In this document: positions 13,189 through 26,828 of the stretch, one piece after another | How positions within the stretch are numbered: the first letter of the stretch is position 1 | Layout of the letters: every line of letters starts with the position of its first letter | Assembly: GCF_006345805.1 (NCBI RefSeq) | Contig: NC_043001.1 | Coordinates: 24,118,001 to 24,182,000, forward strand | Source of the DNA: Octopus sinensis | Lineage: Eukaryota | Direction: 5' to 3' | Length of the DNA: 64,000 nucleotides | Notes under the pieces: model-generated | What the model was told of the DNA's origin: nothing | The model's input: only the letters and a program-made list of their open reading frames with translations | The model's database searches: none | Program-made: the position numbers and the translations under genes

Positions 13189-13850
13189 CATAGTCCATAA
13201 TACATTTATTACCATGGCTACAGAAATGATCACTGGTGGCCAAAGGTGGGCAGTCTGCCCTGCTGTGAGCTAAGTTAGTATCCGATGGAATCTTGTCTGT
13301 TGTCGTCCATGGTGTAATAATTACTGCAGGCGTAAGTATTCTATTTATTGGAATATGTTCGGTTACTGTTATTTGTACATTGTGCAAACTTTTGTGAACA
13401 AAATTACGATCAACAACTCTCTTTTTTCGTTCAACAAATGTCACTTGCAGGCGTAATTGCTTTGACATGAAATAATTCAACTCCGAATGAAGTTGACCTC
13501 AGTGTGCATAATTCCGTTCTATATATGTAACCAACAAAGGGGTCTTTTCTTGGCTATTTTATCGAAATTACGTAAATAATTATTGAGTTCATAACTGTTA
13601 GATAATGCATTTTATAATTCGATTTCTTCTAAAATTGCAACTAATTGCATTTTTTTTTTTTTGCCTTTCTCGATGTTGTTTTTCTCTTGTTCTTCTCCAG
13701 CTGTGTTGTTGATTCTGATGTGTCCAGCCTCCACATTTATAGTAATTCTCTGTACAGTGATTTCAAGTTTCAAATAAATATCGCTTCAGTCTTGAATAAA
13801 AAGGGTTTTTCTTCGATGAAAGTGATAAGAAAGAAAAATCAGTTGCTTAA

Positions 13851-14072
13851 CCCTTTCGTTACCAACCCGGCTGAAACTGGCTCTGGCTCTGTGGTACAAA
13901 TGTCTTGTTTTCTTAAGTTTTAAATTAAAATCTTCCACCAAACCTTAGTCACAATTTATGTTCTTAACACTAGCTGAATGATAACTAAGTTATTTTACTG
14001 AATTCTTTGTTTATATTTAAAGTAATTGAAAGAAATGGAGAGCACCTCAAAATAAATACAGTAACGAAAGGG
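13851..14072. mobile_element. piggyBac-like MITE
   Basis: TTAA|CCCTTTCGTTAC ... GTAACGAAAGGG 12-bp TIR; right TTAA is degenerate. Confidence 0.75.
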
Positions 14073-14272
14073 CTCACGTCACCAGTAGACGTGGCATGAG
14101 TCTCCTGTTTTTATGTATGTATGTATGTATGTATGTATGTATGTATGTATGTATGTATGTATGTATGTATGTATTATGTATGTATGTATGTACTCACGCA
14201 TGCACGCAATCACGTATGTATGGATAGATGGACAGATGGCTGGCTGGAAGCATGCATGCGTGTATATATGCA

Positions 14273-14474
14273 CAAGAAGGTGCTGAAAAGTTCCCGAAAG
14301 GCTTGGCTGGAAGCCCAAACCTTCTGAGTTCTTTTTACAGGGCTAATAAAAAAACTGAAGAACTGCTGCATTAAGTGTGTGAATCTGAGAGGGGAATATG
14401 TTGGATAAAATCAAAATTAACAGACCCTCCTGTATTTTCTTTTGCCCTTATCAAGGAACTTTTCAGCATCCCGC
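14273..14474 (+). mobile_element. Mariner-derived MITE
   Basis: TIR core tgctgaaaagttcc / ggaacttttcagca; remnant transposase C-terminus KCVNLRGEYV. Confidence 0.65.
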
Positions 14475-14489
14475 ATATGTATGAATATA

Positions 14490-15040
14490 TATTATATAAA
14501 ATCCCTTCTGTCTGTGTGTGTGTGTCTTCTAGGATCTCGGGCATCCTCCATATGATTGCACTCAAATTTGATATGTAGATACCGGCGGTATCAGGGCGTG
14601 TATAAGTCTTGAAAAAATTACAAAAATCGATTCCAGGTGAGAATGCGATCGATAAAGCCATTTTTGTCCTGCTTTTCTTCCGTCAATCTATACACAACTG
14701 CACCTTCCATTTTTTGTTGTTTTTGTACTGCTTAAAGGCACGGTTTTTTCCTGCCAAGCTTACTGTTTAAACCATGTTTGTGTTCTCTCAGTCAACAGCC
14801 TTATCATTACTGGTACTTTAAACTCTTCGGTTGCGTATTTGTGTGAATAAAATCGTTTTTCTTTGGGAAAGAAATAATGTCTGTCTGTAAATTTCTTCTT
14901 TTGCTGGTGTTTCAAATTTAGGTTAAATCAGTGTTTCTGAAAGGGGAGGCCTATGGGACGGTCGGACAAGTTGTTTTGAGAAAATTTTGTTTAAATGTTT
15001 GACAACTCACCACCGTCCATTGGACGGGGGGGTGTTGCTT
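14490..15040 (+). mobile_element. Helitron-like non-autonomous element, longer copy of 4010-4380
   Basis: Shares both ends with 4010-4380 and has about 190 bp extra internally; 3' hairpin ccgtccattggacgg. Confidence 0.65.
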
Positions 15041-15053
15041 ATATATATATATA

Positions 15054-15090
<37 letters not shown>

Positions 15091-15125
15091 TATATTATAT
15101 ATTATTTTATATATATTTATATATA

Positions 15126-15198
<73 letters not shown>

Positions 15199-15566
15199 CA
15201 TGCGTATATTTTTATATATTTACCACACACCATTCCTAGATGTACGAGGGCTGTTGTGGTAAGTAGCTGTTGTAGAAGACACTTGCCCAAGGTGCCACGC
15301 AGTGAGACTGAATCCTGAACTATGTGGTTGGTAAGCAAACTACTTACCACAGAGCCACTCCTGCGCCTATGATGAGTAAAAGCATACAAGTTTTAGAAAA
15401 ACCTTGCATACTTTTACTGCTCCACTAACAGATTGTAAATGATGCATGCATGTAAGCTGGTCGCTCACTTTGTTTGAAAGCTTTAGTTTTTCGAGATTGC
15501 TGCTTCGGTATTTACTAACATAACAAAGTACACTATCAGTTTCAGGAATAAATGAGAATTTATATA

Positions 15567-16095
15567 CAGTAAGGCCTCGATATACGAGTTAATTTGTCCC
15601 GGAGACCGCTCGTAAAGCGAAAACTCGTAAATCAGAACAATACTTTCCCATTGTAGCAATGTTGTAAAATCGTAATTCGTTCTCAGAAGAATATTTTACC
15701 AATAAAATTTATAATATTCGAAAATAAATTAAATGGCAATAAAACAACAGTAGAATGTAAAGAATAATTTATGTAAAGTAAAAAGAATGTCGAGATATTA
15801 TTATTATCGTTTTCTAAATCACTTTCACTCGCACTAGACTTGCGCACACCATCACTTGTAGATGTGATCGCCGATTCTCAAGCACTCGTAGACAGACTTG
15901 TAAATTTCTTTTTAAAATACAAGTCGGTAACTCGCAGAAGCATTTGTTATGGTAGTAGAAACTTTTGCCCTTCGTTCAAAATTTGGATCTTGTGCCTTGA
16001 AAAATTTCAGCTCACCATACAGAAGTGAGCTGAAAAATAAAACTCGTTAATCCGGGAGAATGTAAAGCCGGCCCGCGTAAAGTGTGGTGTTACTG
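15567..16095. mobile_element. Tigger/pogo-like MITE
   Basis: TA|CAGTAA...TTACTG|TA ends, degenerate TIRs, repeated ctcgtaaa subterminal motifs. Confidence 0.65.
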
Positions 16096-16639
16096 TACTA
16101 GGTAAAGAAGCTATAAGTTTCCAAACATACATAAATATTCACTTACACAACGATTTTGAAAGAAATGCAGGGCAGCTGGCTCTTATGACAACGCATTCTT
16201 TTCTTTACTGTCAAGCCTGTCATGCTTGCATTTAGTGAAAATTTTGTCGAGAATATTCCACCAGTCTTTCTTGCGTGGATACGTATACATGTAATCAACA
16301 CCTGAAGAGTTTTTCTATATTGAGCTACCTTTCCTATGGAAGATATTGCATATACGAGTAGGTTTAGCAACAATATCGTGTCGCATTGGGTCATATTGTC
16401 TTAATGACATTTTTTTGCACCTGCTAATCATATGTTTCACCGAAATGTAACGTAATCATTTACAGTCGCATCTTGAGAATTTAAGAATCTCCCTCCTTCC
16501 CTCCCCTTCTCTCTATCTCTCTCTTTTCTCTCCATTTCTCTCTCGCTCTCTCTCTCTCTCTCTCTTTCTCTCTCTTGTTCATTAGATATTTTGTGGCTAT
16601 CACCTTCTCTTTGATTGGTGCGTAAATATAAATTTCAAA

Positions 16640-17400
16640 ATCCAGTATGATATAAAGGTCACGAGTCCAAGAGAGGTCGACACTTCCCGTCAATTTTAGC
16701 ATCCTCTTCAAGTTTTCAAAATGTATAATCATACATAACCTATTTTTGGTCCTTGTTGAGATATGATAGTCCACTAATTCTAGAATCGCGCGAAAGTTCA
16801 TCGAGAAGCAACATTTTGAATAACTTCCATGCGATGTATGGTTCCTAAAATAGATGAAATCTTTGTGAGGTGTTATGAATAGTGGGTCCTATATGAGCTA
16901 AATTCCTTGATAGAGGTGGATAGAAGGCTAGTCCATCCTGTTCCTGCAATTCTGATGTTCTTTTTCACGTTTTAGCTCTTGGCTGATGTATTTATTTTTA
17001 CTACTGTTGTTTAACTTTATTAATCCTACCGTACAACACTGAAAGCTATCAGGACAAATTTAGCTGCTATTCCCCTTTTGGAGTAGAACCTGTCATTATC
17101 ACTATTTCCGTGGAAACTTTTTTGAGGAAGTTTCTTTGGTTACTTTTTGCGTCGTTATCTACGTATTTGTAACACTGGTTGTATAGTAAAGAGGAAACAG
17201 AAAGACCGTTCATAACATCTGAGACGATAGTTCTGCTTTCAGTTACATTAGTGACTAAGTGTCTGTGAGTCTTTCTAAGGCAGCTACAGTGAAGCCGGTA
17301 ACTTTTTCCAAGTGCTGTGAATCCAGAAGATATGAGCCGGGAAGAAAATCAAACGTTTCGTTTAGACTTTGAAAGTAATAGTTGAGCAAGAAATGAGCCA
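16640..17400 (-). mobile_element. Highly decayed CR1/L2-like LINE fragment
   Basis: Remnants MEVIQNVASR and ISGLSY resemble the LE.VQR.ATR..GLSY motif. Confidence 0.3.
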
Positions 17401-17465
17401 ATAATTTTCTGTCAAATAATTGTTTTCATTGTTGGCAACAAGCTTTGTTTGTTTGTTTGTATGTT

Positions 17466-17529
<64 letters not shown>

Positions 17530-17540
17530 TGTGTGTATGT

Positions 17541-17941
17541 ATGTATGTATGTATGTGTATGGAGGCGCAATGGCCCAGTGGTTAGGGCAGCGGACTCGCG
17601 GTCGTAGGATCGCGGTTTCGATTCTCAGACCGGGCGTTGTGAGTGTTTATTGGGCGAAAACACCTAAAGCTCCACGAGCTCTGGCAGGGGATGGTGGTGA
17701 TCCCTGCTGTACTCTTTCACCACAACTTTCTCTCACTCTTACTTCCTGTTTCTGTTGTACCTGTATTTCAAAGGGCCGACCTTGTCACTCTCTGTGTCAC
17801 GCTGAATATCCCCGAGAACTACGTTAAGGGTACACGTGTCTGTGGAGTGCTCAGCCACTTACACGGTTATTTCACGAGCAGGCTGTTCCGTTGATCGGAT
17901 CAACCGGAACCCTCGCCGTCGTAACCGACGGAGTGCTTCCA
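17541..17941 (+). mobile_element. SINE family C (tRNA-derived), full-length
   Basis: A box TGGCCCAGTGG, B-box-like ggtttcgattc; other copies at 18470-18730(-), 19300-19515(-), 61605-61910(-). Confidence 0.85.
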
Positions 17942-18044
17942 TGTGTGTGTATGTATGTATGTATATGTGTGTGTGTATGTTTGTATGTATGTATGTATGT
18001 ATGTATGTATGTATGTATGTATGTATATGTGTGTGTGTGAGTGT

Positions 18045-18375
18045 GTGCAGATTTGTATGCTTTATGTATGTATTCTCAATGTATATATGTATGTATGAAA
18101 ACGTGCAGATTTGTATGTTTTTGTTTTATGTATGTTTTCTCATGCATATACTTGCATATCTAGATACGTTCATATATATACTTAAATGATAAACTTCTGG
18201 AAAGTTTTACAGATATTTTCAGTTCCAGTGATGGATTGGATCTGTAGTCTTTGAATCAGCTTTCTCCTTTCTAATTTTGAAAAGCCTAATTTCTCAAGAT
18301 TGGTATTTAGGCCATTTGTTACATACCCCAGCACCCCAATAATTACAGGTATAAACCTGAACTTGTAGTCTGTTT
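18045..18375 (-). mobile_element. (TATG)n-associated repeat; copy at 30766-30980(+)
   Basis: Shared agaaagctgattcaaagactac and acaagttcaggtttatacctgt segments. Confidence 0.75.
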
Positions 18376-18469
18376 AGAGTAACTGCAGATTGAATGTATG
18401 TATGTACGTACGCATGTATGTACGTACGCACGTATGTACGTACGCACGTATGTACGTACGCACGTATGG

Positions 18470-18730
18470 TGGAAGCACTCCGTCGGTTACGACGATGAGG
18501 GTTCCGGTTGATCCGAATCAACGGAACAGCCTGCTCGTGAAATTAACGTGTAAGTGGCTGAGCACTCCACAGACACGTGTACCCTTAACGTAGTTCTCGG
18601 GGATATTCAGCGTGACACAGAGGGTGACAAGGCCGGCCCTTTGAAATACAAGGTACAACAGAAACAGGAAGTAAGAGTGAGAGAAAGTTGTGGTGAAAGA
18701 GTACAGCAGGGATCACCACCATCCCCTGCC
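18470..18730 (-). mobile_element. SINE family C, 5'-truncated
   Basis: Reverse complement of 17683-17941. Confidence 0.9.
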
Positions 18731-21700
18731 GGTACGCACGTATGTACGTATTATGTATGTATGTATGTATGTATGTATGTATGTATGTATGTATGTATGT
18801 ATGTATGTATGTATGTGCACACGTAAATAAGTATGCATAGATGTATGTTAAAGAATATGGGAATCAGTGTTTTAACTTATGAATGTGGGCATATGTGCCT
18901 GAACACGTGTGCTTCTGCTCGTGTATCTATACGTGTGTATATGAACATATACAAGCTAAACGTCTGGATTCTTTACTTATTTTTACAATTCTCATAATGG
19001 CATATAATTGTAATTTCTTAATTAGCTGTGTCCGTTCTGCTTTTGTGAAACTCAGATTTACAAGACTGACGCTAAAGCAGTTTCTTATTTTATTAACTAC
19101 CTCAAAATCCGAAGTTATTGTCCAGATGTAGTTACTTGAAAATCACTTATTAATTTGCCGTTGATGTTGCTGTTGCTGCTGTTGAGCGAACGGTCTTCGT
19201 CCCAGAGCTTGCAAGATGGGAGAAATCCGAAACGTGGTCCTTTGCTGTTCGTAAGACCCGCAGAAGAGAAAGCAGGTCATCGACGGATGGATGAATGCGC
19301 ATCCAGGCTCAGCGGTTGCGTAGGAAGCCGGGGACAAGAAACAGGAAGAAAGAGTGAGAGAAAGTTGGGCGAAAGAGTACAACTGGGGTCGCCACCACCC
19401 CCTGCCGGAGCCTCGTGGTGCTTTAGATATTTTCGCTCAATAAACACACACAACGCCCAATCTGGGAATCGAAACCGCGATCCTCCGACCGCGAGTTCGC
19501 TGCTCTAACCACTTGCCGTTGATGTTTCTTCTTGTGTCTTTAACATTATATTAACTTCTGCTAGGAAACTGATTTCTGCAAATGTACGCATTTTCTTTTC
19601 ACCGTCCCAGATAATTATGTCCAGTTTTTTTAGCCTACATCTCACAAAGGTTTTGACAAAAGTTTAACTAATTGTGCATACATATACGTAGGTCAATGCA
19701 TAAAGATATACGTATATGTATATTGCATACATACATAATTAGCAACATAAATTACACATACGCATTGATATACATGAGTACAAAAACATGCGTGCCTAAA
19801 TATACACACCAGAGAAACATATATATGCCTATCACATGAATAGGATTACAATCGCACATGCACTTATATACACACACACAAAGTCACATACAACATATAT
19901 GCACAGTCATATATTCACATATATGTGTGTATTTGTATGTCTGTGTCTGTCCCCCTAGAATTGCTTGACAACCGATGCTGGTGTATATATTTCCCCGTCA
20001 GATAGCGGTTCGGCAAAAGATACCGATAGAATAAGTACTAGGCTTACAAAGAATAAGTCCTGGGATCGATTTGCTCGACTAATGGCGGTGCTCCAGCATG
20101 GCCGCAGTCAAATGACTGAAACAAGTAAAAGAGTATATATATATATGTCAACTCAGTTGATGTTATCTAGGTTCCGTTAAAGGAACCTAGTTTTGGGGTC
20201 GGAGAGAAATTTAGAAGATATAACTTAATAAAAAAAAACGAACATTCGAGCAAATTAGATAAAAATTACTTTTAACTTCATTGTGTTACATTGATAATGT
20301 TTTACACAAAATTTGGTAGATAAAATCAAAGAAAAACGAATTTTCTCTTTGATATGACGCCACTCTGTCACAAGTAATATTCCAAAATGATCTATACTAC
20401 CTTTTTCCGATAACTTACTGCACTAAACCATGCACAATAGATGTTCCTGGGCCAAGAAAACGAAACGCCGGAAGTAATTTTAAACTCGTTACCAAGTAAT
20501 GATTTTTAATAACTTATCTTCTCGACCATCTCGCCTCTATACCAGGATTCTAATCCTAAGTACTATTGTGTAATTCTGAAGGGTTTTGCCAAGACAGATT
20601 TTCTCGTTTAAAATATTTGATATTATTTAGAATGCTCATGAATATGTTATACAAATACGTCATAAGCATTGGTGATACAACACAGCAATTATTGCAAACA
20701 CAAAGAAGGAAACATATTCCCCAGAACGAAATCAAATGTTAATTTTATGAAACGATTGTAAACTAGTTCGTTATTTAAATATTATAAACCAAAGCATTAC
20801 ACTCTCGTGCGTGCGCATATGTATGTGTGTTCTAATATTTCCCTTGAAATTGGTCCAATGGAAGTGATTGACTATCATGTTTTGTACTCACTGTATGATG
20901 CAAGGATAGATTTTTTTTTTATCAGTCATTTAAAACTGGCGATAACGATCGTTTCAGCCTCAACAACTTAATAAAAGATGGCGAAACATGTACGATAGGT
21001 ACACGGCGATCAGGGCTTTAGGATGAAGTTTCATATTATGAACAAAGAACCAGAGTTGTCATTACGATATATAACTGTCAGTGTATAAATAACACTTGAT
21101 GTGAACACAGTCAAACAGTATTGGTTATTCCAATATAGCTGAGACTGTTGGAATGAGTCTAAATATAATTTAAATTGACACGTATTTGTCTGAGGCTTAA
21201 TAATATTCAGTCCAGATTCGTGAGTTGTATCTATTCTCTCAGCATATACACACGACATACAATGACAAGCAGAAGTAAGATGTTCAAATTGTTTGTTTCT
21301 TTTAATTACATAAAAGAAATTAGGTTCGGCATTTTTTATTCTTATGTTTTTTTTTTTATTGGTGCAATTTTAAGTTATATACATTTTACTTTCCCTCAGT
21401 ACAATTCTTTTTCACCGATAAAGATATATCAGACAGATAGTTAGGTGAGACTATATGTCGGATAGTACAGAAATTACGGATGTGGAATGAAAATAAAACC
21501 AAAAATTTCAAGGCAGCATGAGTTTGAAAATCTTGTTTATTAATACTGTCCAATAACATCTAAACAACTAATTGCACTGTAATGGATATTTTAACATAAA
21601 ATAAGTTCGTAAGAGCTTTTAAAGAAATAGTCTTACGTAGTAACTTGTTCAACATATGTTGAATTACATATAATTGATACAAACACCTGACTACACGTCA

Positions 21701-22089
21701 CTCAAAAACAAGCCAATAAAGGAACCTCTGCATAGTGATTTAACTTACTAACATTAGCTGCCAACTCCCCCTCAAACCACATCTTACCGTCTAACAGCAT
21801 GACACATGATAGGATGTAGTCCTACACAGCCATAAGCAAACGAGATGAATGATGGCTGGAACACATTTGATCATAAGTCTGCATGATTAGGGCTGACTTG
21901 GGTTTAAACGTCAATGTTTCCCGGTTTTATTAGTCTTCTTCCTACAGTGTTGGTGTAGATATGGTTGTGTAATTGGGATATTTGCTTCGGGTTCGATTCC
22001 AGTGCCTTGAGCAAGTGTCATTTACAACAGTGGTTTCCATCTCATTTTGTAGCTCAATTCCTCTTTTCCCCAAATGAGTGATTCTGTAT

Positions 22090-22136
22090 TCGTAGCTGAT
22101 GAAGCCTAACGACGCAGAAATGCGTGCGTCTTATGA
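22090..22136 (+). ncRNA. Type I hammerhead motif in an extended hairpin (22073-22155), partly decayed
   Basis: tcgtag-CUGAUGA-agc..gca-GAAA-tgcgtgc-GUC-ttatga; outer stem aatgagtgatt/gattattcatt. Confidence 0.6.
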
Positions 22137-22279
22137 TTCAATGCGATTATTCATTGCTCAATGATCTGTTTTCAGACGTATTTGTTCATGAGAATTTTCT
22201 CACGAGACTATTTCTACAGCGAAAGGTATTCACACAGTCGTGTGTACACGAACATGTTAAATAGGGTTGTACCTATTTA

Positions 22280-22370
<91 letters not shown>

Positions 22371-22556
22371 CGCCATGATAGATCGTTAGCCACTATACAC
22401 ATTTTTTTCTCGCCTTGTTTTTTCTATGTCCCTTTCTGTAGAAGAGCGTAGGCTCGAAACGTAAAAGACTTTTTCTATTCCTGAGCGTTATACTAATACA
22501 TCTGTTTGTTTTGTACACCACCTGTCTTCATCTTTTGTTTTTCGTAAACTCTCCCT
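22371..22556 (+). mobile_element. About 190-bp TA-embedded element with HHR-like motif (22432-22467)
   Basis: cttt-CUGUAGA-a-gagc/gctc-GAAA-c-GUA-aaag; copies at 23361-23503(-), 51750-51962(+), 54235-54400(+). Confidence 0.75.
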
Positions 22557-22566
22557 ATATATATAT

Positions 22567-22613
<47 letters not shown>

Positions 22614-22620
22614 TATATAT

Positions 22621-23082
22621 AGTAAACAAGATTATCATAGACATCAAAAATATTACATAATGTTAGTAGCTGAACATCAATAACATGACTAGCAATGAGC
22701 ATGGGTTGTGACTAAATATGTATAGAGAATGGTATCCATATTTGCTAAGCTATCTCAACAACAACTGGGTTATGTCGTACATGTCTCTGAGGGAGTTATT
22801 TTATCTAGCTCGCCAATTCTAAATAGGCCCCTGTGGATAAAATTTGTACCATCAGGGAAATTACGTTATATTTTCCACGATCTTTCCTTTTTACGAGTAG
22901 TTTACGCTACTTCCGCTTAGAAGCTAGGAAAAGAGATAAGCGATCTCTGATGAATTTTTAATGAAAATAAAACAAGTGAATTTGTTCCTCTTTCCCAGCT
23001 GCTGTGAGTTCACGTGATTATTAAATTCATGGGTATGATTTCCTATACGTACATGCACACGCACACTCCTTATGTGTGTACG

Positions 23083-23155
<73 letters not shown>

Positions 23156-23202
23156 ATATTATATATATTTATTATATATATATATATTATATATATATAT
23201 AT

Positions 23203-23288
<86 letters not shown>

Positions 23289-23504
23289 ATATATATATTA
23301 TATATATATATACCTATATATATATATATATATTATTATATATATATATATATATATATAGGAAGAGTTTACGAAAAAAACAAAAGACGAAGACAGGTGG
23401 TGTACAAAACAAACAGATGTATTGGTATAACGCTCAGGAATAGAAAAGGTCTTTTACGTTTCGAGCCTACGCTCTTCTACAGAAAGGGACACAGAAAAAA
23501 CAAA

Positions 23505-23538
<34 letters not shown>

Positions 23539-24005
23539 GTGAACAAGATTATCATAGACATCAAAAATATTACATAATGTTAGTAGCTGAGCGCATCAAT
23601 AACATGACTACCAATGAGCATGGGTTGTGACTAAATAGGTATATAGAATGGTATCCATATTTGCTAAGCTATCTCAACAACAACTGGGTTATGTCGTACA
23701 TGTCTCTGAGGGAGTTATTTTATCTAGCTCGCCAATTCTAAATAGGCCCCTGTGGATAAAATTTGTACCATCAGGGAAATTACGATATATTTTCCGCGAT
23801 CTTTCCTTTTTACGAGTAGTTTACGCTACTTCCGCTTAGAAGCTAGGAAAAAAGATAAGCGATCTCTGATGAATTTTTAATGAAAATAAAACAAGTGAAT
23901 TTGTTCCTCTTTCCAAGCTGCTGTGAGTTCATGTAATTATTAAATTCATGGGTATGATTTCCTATACGTACATGCACACGCACACTCCTTATGCGTGTAC
24001 GTATG
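22621..24005 (+). repeat. Local direct duplication of about 465 bp (22621-23085 and 23538-24005)
   Basis: Near-identical ORFs 22729..22920 and 23648..23839; units bounded by (TA)n. Confidence 0.9.
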
Positions 24006-24034
24006 TTATATATATTATATATATATATATATAT

Positions 24035-24625
24035 ACTGTTGTCCACTGTGGTCTCCCCACACAATACAAGGTATCATAAAAGTTGAAGCACCTCAAAGGG
24101 CAATCACAAAAAAGATAGATGGCATGACAGGCCTCGACTATTGGGGTCGACTAGAAAAGCTAAAACTCTATTCTCTCCAACGTCGTCGTGAGCGCTACAT
24201 CATCTGCATGATGTGGAAAATATTCCATCAGCATTGCCCAAATGATGTTGGCATCACCTTTAAGGTACATCCAAGGCTTGGGCCCCGTGCCATCCGCCCA
24301 AAACAAAAATCGCACTCTCATCTCATAACAACAATACGGCACAATTATTTCACCTCAATTGGCCCCGCTCTCTTTAACATTACACCAAAACACATTAAAC
24401 AGAAACTGACCCTATAGGGTTCAAGAAGTCTTTGGACAGATTCCTTCAAGAAATCCCGGATAAACCCCCTACACCCGGATATGTCTCTGTAAACAATAAC
24501 TCTCTACTTGAGTGGGCCATAATGCCCAATTCTGACTTGAAAGACTTCACCAGGTGGTGCTATTAAGTTAGACATGGCCTGGGCCAATAATGGCCGAAAC
24601 CTATCAAAGTATCAAAGTATCAAGT
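24035..24625 (+). mobile_element. CR1-like LINE 3' fragment with 3' UTR and (atcaaagt)n tail
   Basis: YCCPLWSPH...VEAPQRAITKKIDGMTGLDYWGRLEKLKLYSLQRRRERY. Confidence 0.85.
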
Positions 24626-24705
24626 ATATATTTATATATATATATATATAATATATTTATATATATATATATATTTATATATATATAAATATATATATAT
24701 ATATT

Positions 24706-24753
<48 letters not shown>

Positions 24754-24763
24754 AATATATATA

Positions 24764-24821
<58 letters not shown>

Positions 24822-24824
24822 ATA

Positions 24825-25040
24825 AGGCGAACTGGCAGAAACGTTAGCACGCCGGGCGAAATACTTAGCAGTATTTCGTCTGCCGTTACGTTCTGAGTTC
24901 AAATTCCACCGAGGTCGATTAGCCTTTCATCCTTTCGGGGTCGATAAATAAAGTACCAGTTACGCACTGGGGTCGATGTAATCGACTTAATCCTTTGTCC
25001 TTGTTTGTCCCTTCTATGTTGAGCCCCTTGTATAAAGAAT
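24825..25040 (+). mobile_element. SINE family B monomer
   Basis: Match to other family B copies. Confidence 0.85.
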
Positions 25041-25130
25041 ATATATATATGTGTGTACGTACATGTATGCATATATATATACATATATATTTGTATATGT
25101 GTATATATATATATATGCATGTAAGTCGAT

Positions 25131-25182
<52 letters not shown>

Positions 25183-25216
25183 GCATGTAAGTCGATACAT
25201 ACACACACACACACAC

Positions 25217-25260
<44 letters not shown>

Positions 25261-25621
25261 GTATATATGTGAAATAGAAAGATGAATAATCTTGTAGCAG
25301 ATTAATCAAAAGTTTAACCGATACCTTGGTAGCAAAAATCACAGCAGAAGACCCGTTAAATTCTTCAGCCACCGGTTCTCAACATACACTGATAAACAGT
25401 TTTGCCATGGGCTCTTAGGAGCTTAGTTCGATTTGTTTTGCTCCGCCTCTGTTCTGTTTTTGTTTTTTCCAACGGATTTCCTATTTCTTCCTGAAGAGAA
25501 AGACACAATATGGTCTCATTATTCAATCGGATTTTGGTAAATTGTGCCTTTCGCAACACGTGTAGAATGAAATAAAACGATTTCTGTTCAATCTTCGTTC
25601 AGCTCCATTTCTTCAATTCAC

Positions 25622-25653
<32 letters not shown>

Positions 25654-26628
25654 CGTACACACATATATTTGAGTGTATATGTACATGCATTTAACTACTC
25701 CCGCTTATATTCCCTCGTACAGCACTGTACATGTAATTTCCAATACCCTTCTAAAGCAATTATTATTGCCTGGTGATATATAAAATGACTGCTTCCGTCC
25801 TTTGTCCTGTTCTTGATCAATTCATATACCAACCACTCACATTGTCAGAAGGCAAAATATTTTCTGTGACTAAACAAATAATTGTTTCTAGTTCAACAGC
25901 TTCTGATAAGGTGAATAATTATGGACACGATGTTCGTTGAGGTAAGATGCGGCTTATTTGAGGTTGATTCTTACGTCTTTTTCATTTCACGTTAGACATA
26001 TGGATCTATGAATGCATGCATGTATTTATGTATGCACGTAGGTATGGAGATACCTAGGTGGAATGGAATCAAAAGTTTCAATTGATATAGAGCTATGTTT
26101 ATTACAAGTGGATGTCTTTTACTCTATGCTGAGTTAAATGAATCATAAAGCAATATATGCATGTTCATAGGGCAGGAAAAAAAGGATGGGGGGAGGGGTA
26201 CCACGGAGGTTTTTTTCCAGTTCCAGAATTAACAATTGTGCAAATAATCAATTATGCCATACAAAACACAACCACGCACACAATAAGAACACTTGCATAC
26301 ACACAAGCACATATGCACGCACGCACACACACACATACATACGCATATACACACACGAGTACATATGCTGGGTTATATATTTGTGAGCGCCAGACGCTGT
26401 CGGCTGTTTTGGCCTTTCTACATACAATATTCAGAAATATCGGCATTTCATATCTCTTTGAGTTCTTTGCTAGAGTTAATACGTTGGATTATATTCATAC
26501 TGCATATACGAAATATCTCTCTATATCCCAAATACTTAAAGTATATCTTAATTATCAATATTGGAATTTTTGCTCTTTCCACTATAACTTGACATATAAT
26601 GTAGCTGTAATAGAGTAAAACAAGTTTC

Positions 26629-26828
26629 GGATCTTTTCGGTTTGAACGGCAGTTTTTTCTAGCAGTGTCATATGAAATTGTCACCCATAATTATGACCCT
26701 AGTATCGATCTATTGCATTTCAATCTGTTTTAGGGTTAGGGTTAGGGGTGGGAGGAAGGGTATCTTTTTTTTCACAAATGTAAATAAATCCAATCTGTTT
26801 CTTAAACGAGGGACATATTCATACGGCA
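26629..26828. mobile_element. Partial copy (one arm) of the MITE at 27107-27525
   Basis: Reverse complement of 27323-27525, including ttagggttagggttaggg. Confidence 0.85.

Noticed and set aside
20166-20191. Palindrome ctaggttcc..ggaacctag as a Helentron/HINE end
   Set aside because: No matching second terminus or second copy found
22729-22920. Duplicated 63-aa gene
   Set aside because: No recognisable domain or splice structure; identity reflects the recent duplication
26730-26747. Telomere or interstitial telomeric array
   Set aside because: Only three units, internal to a TIR element
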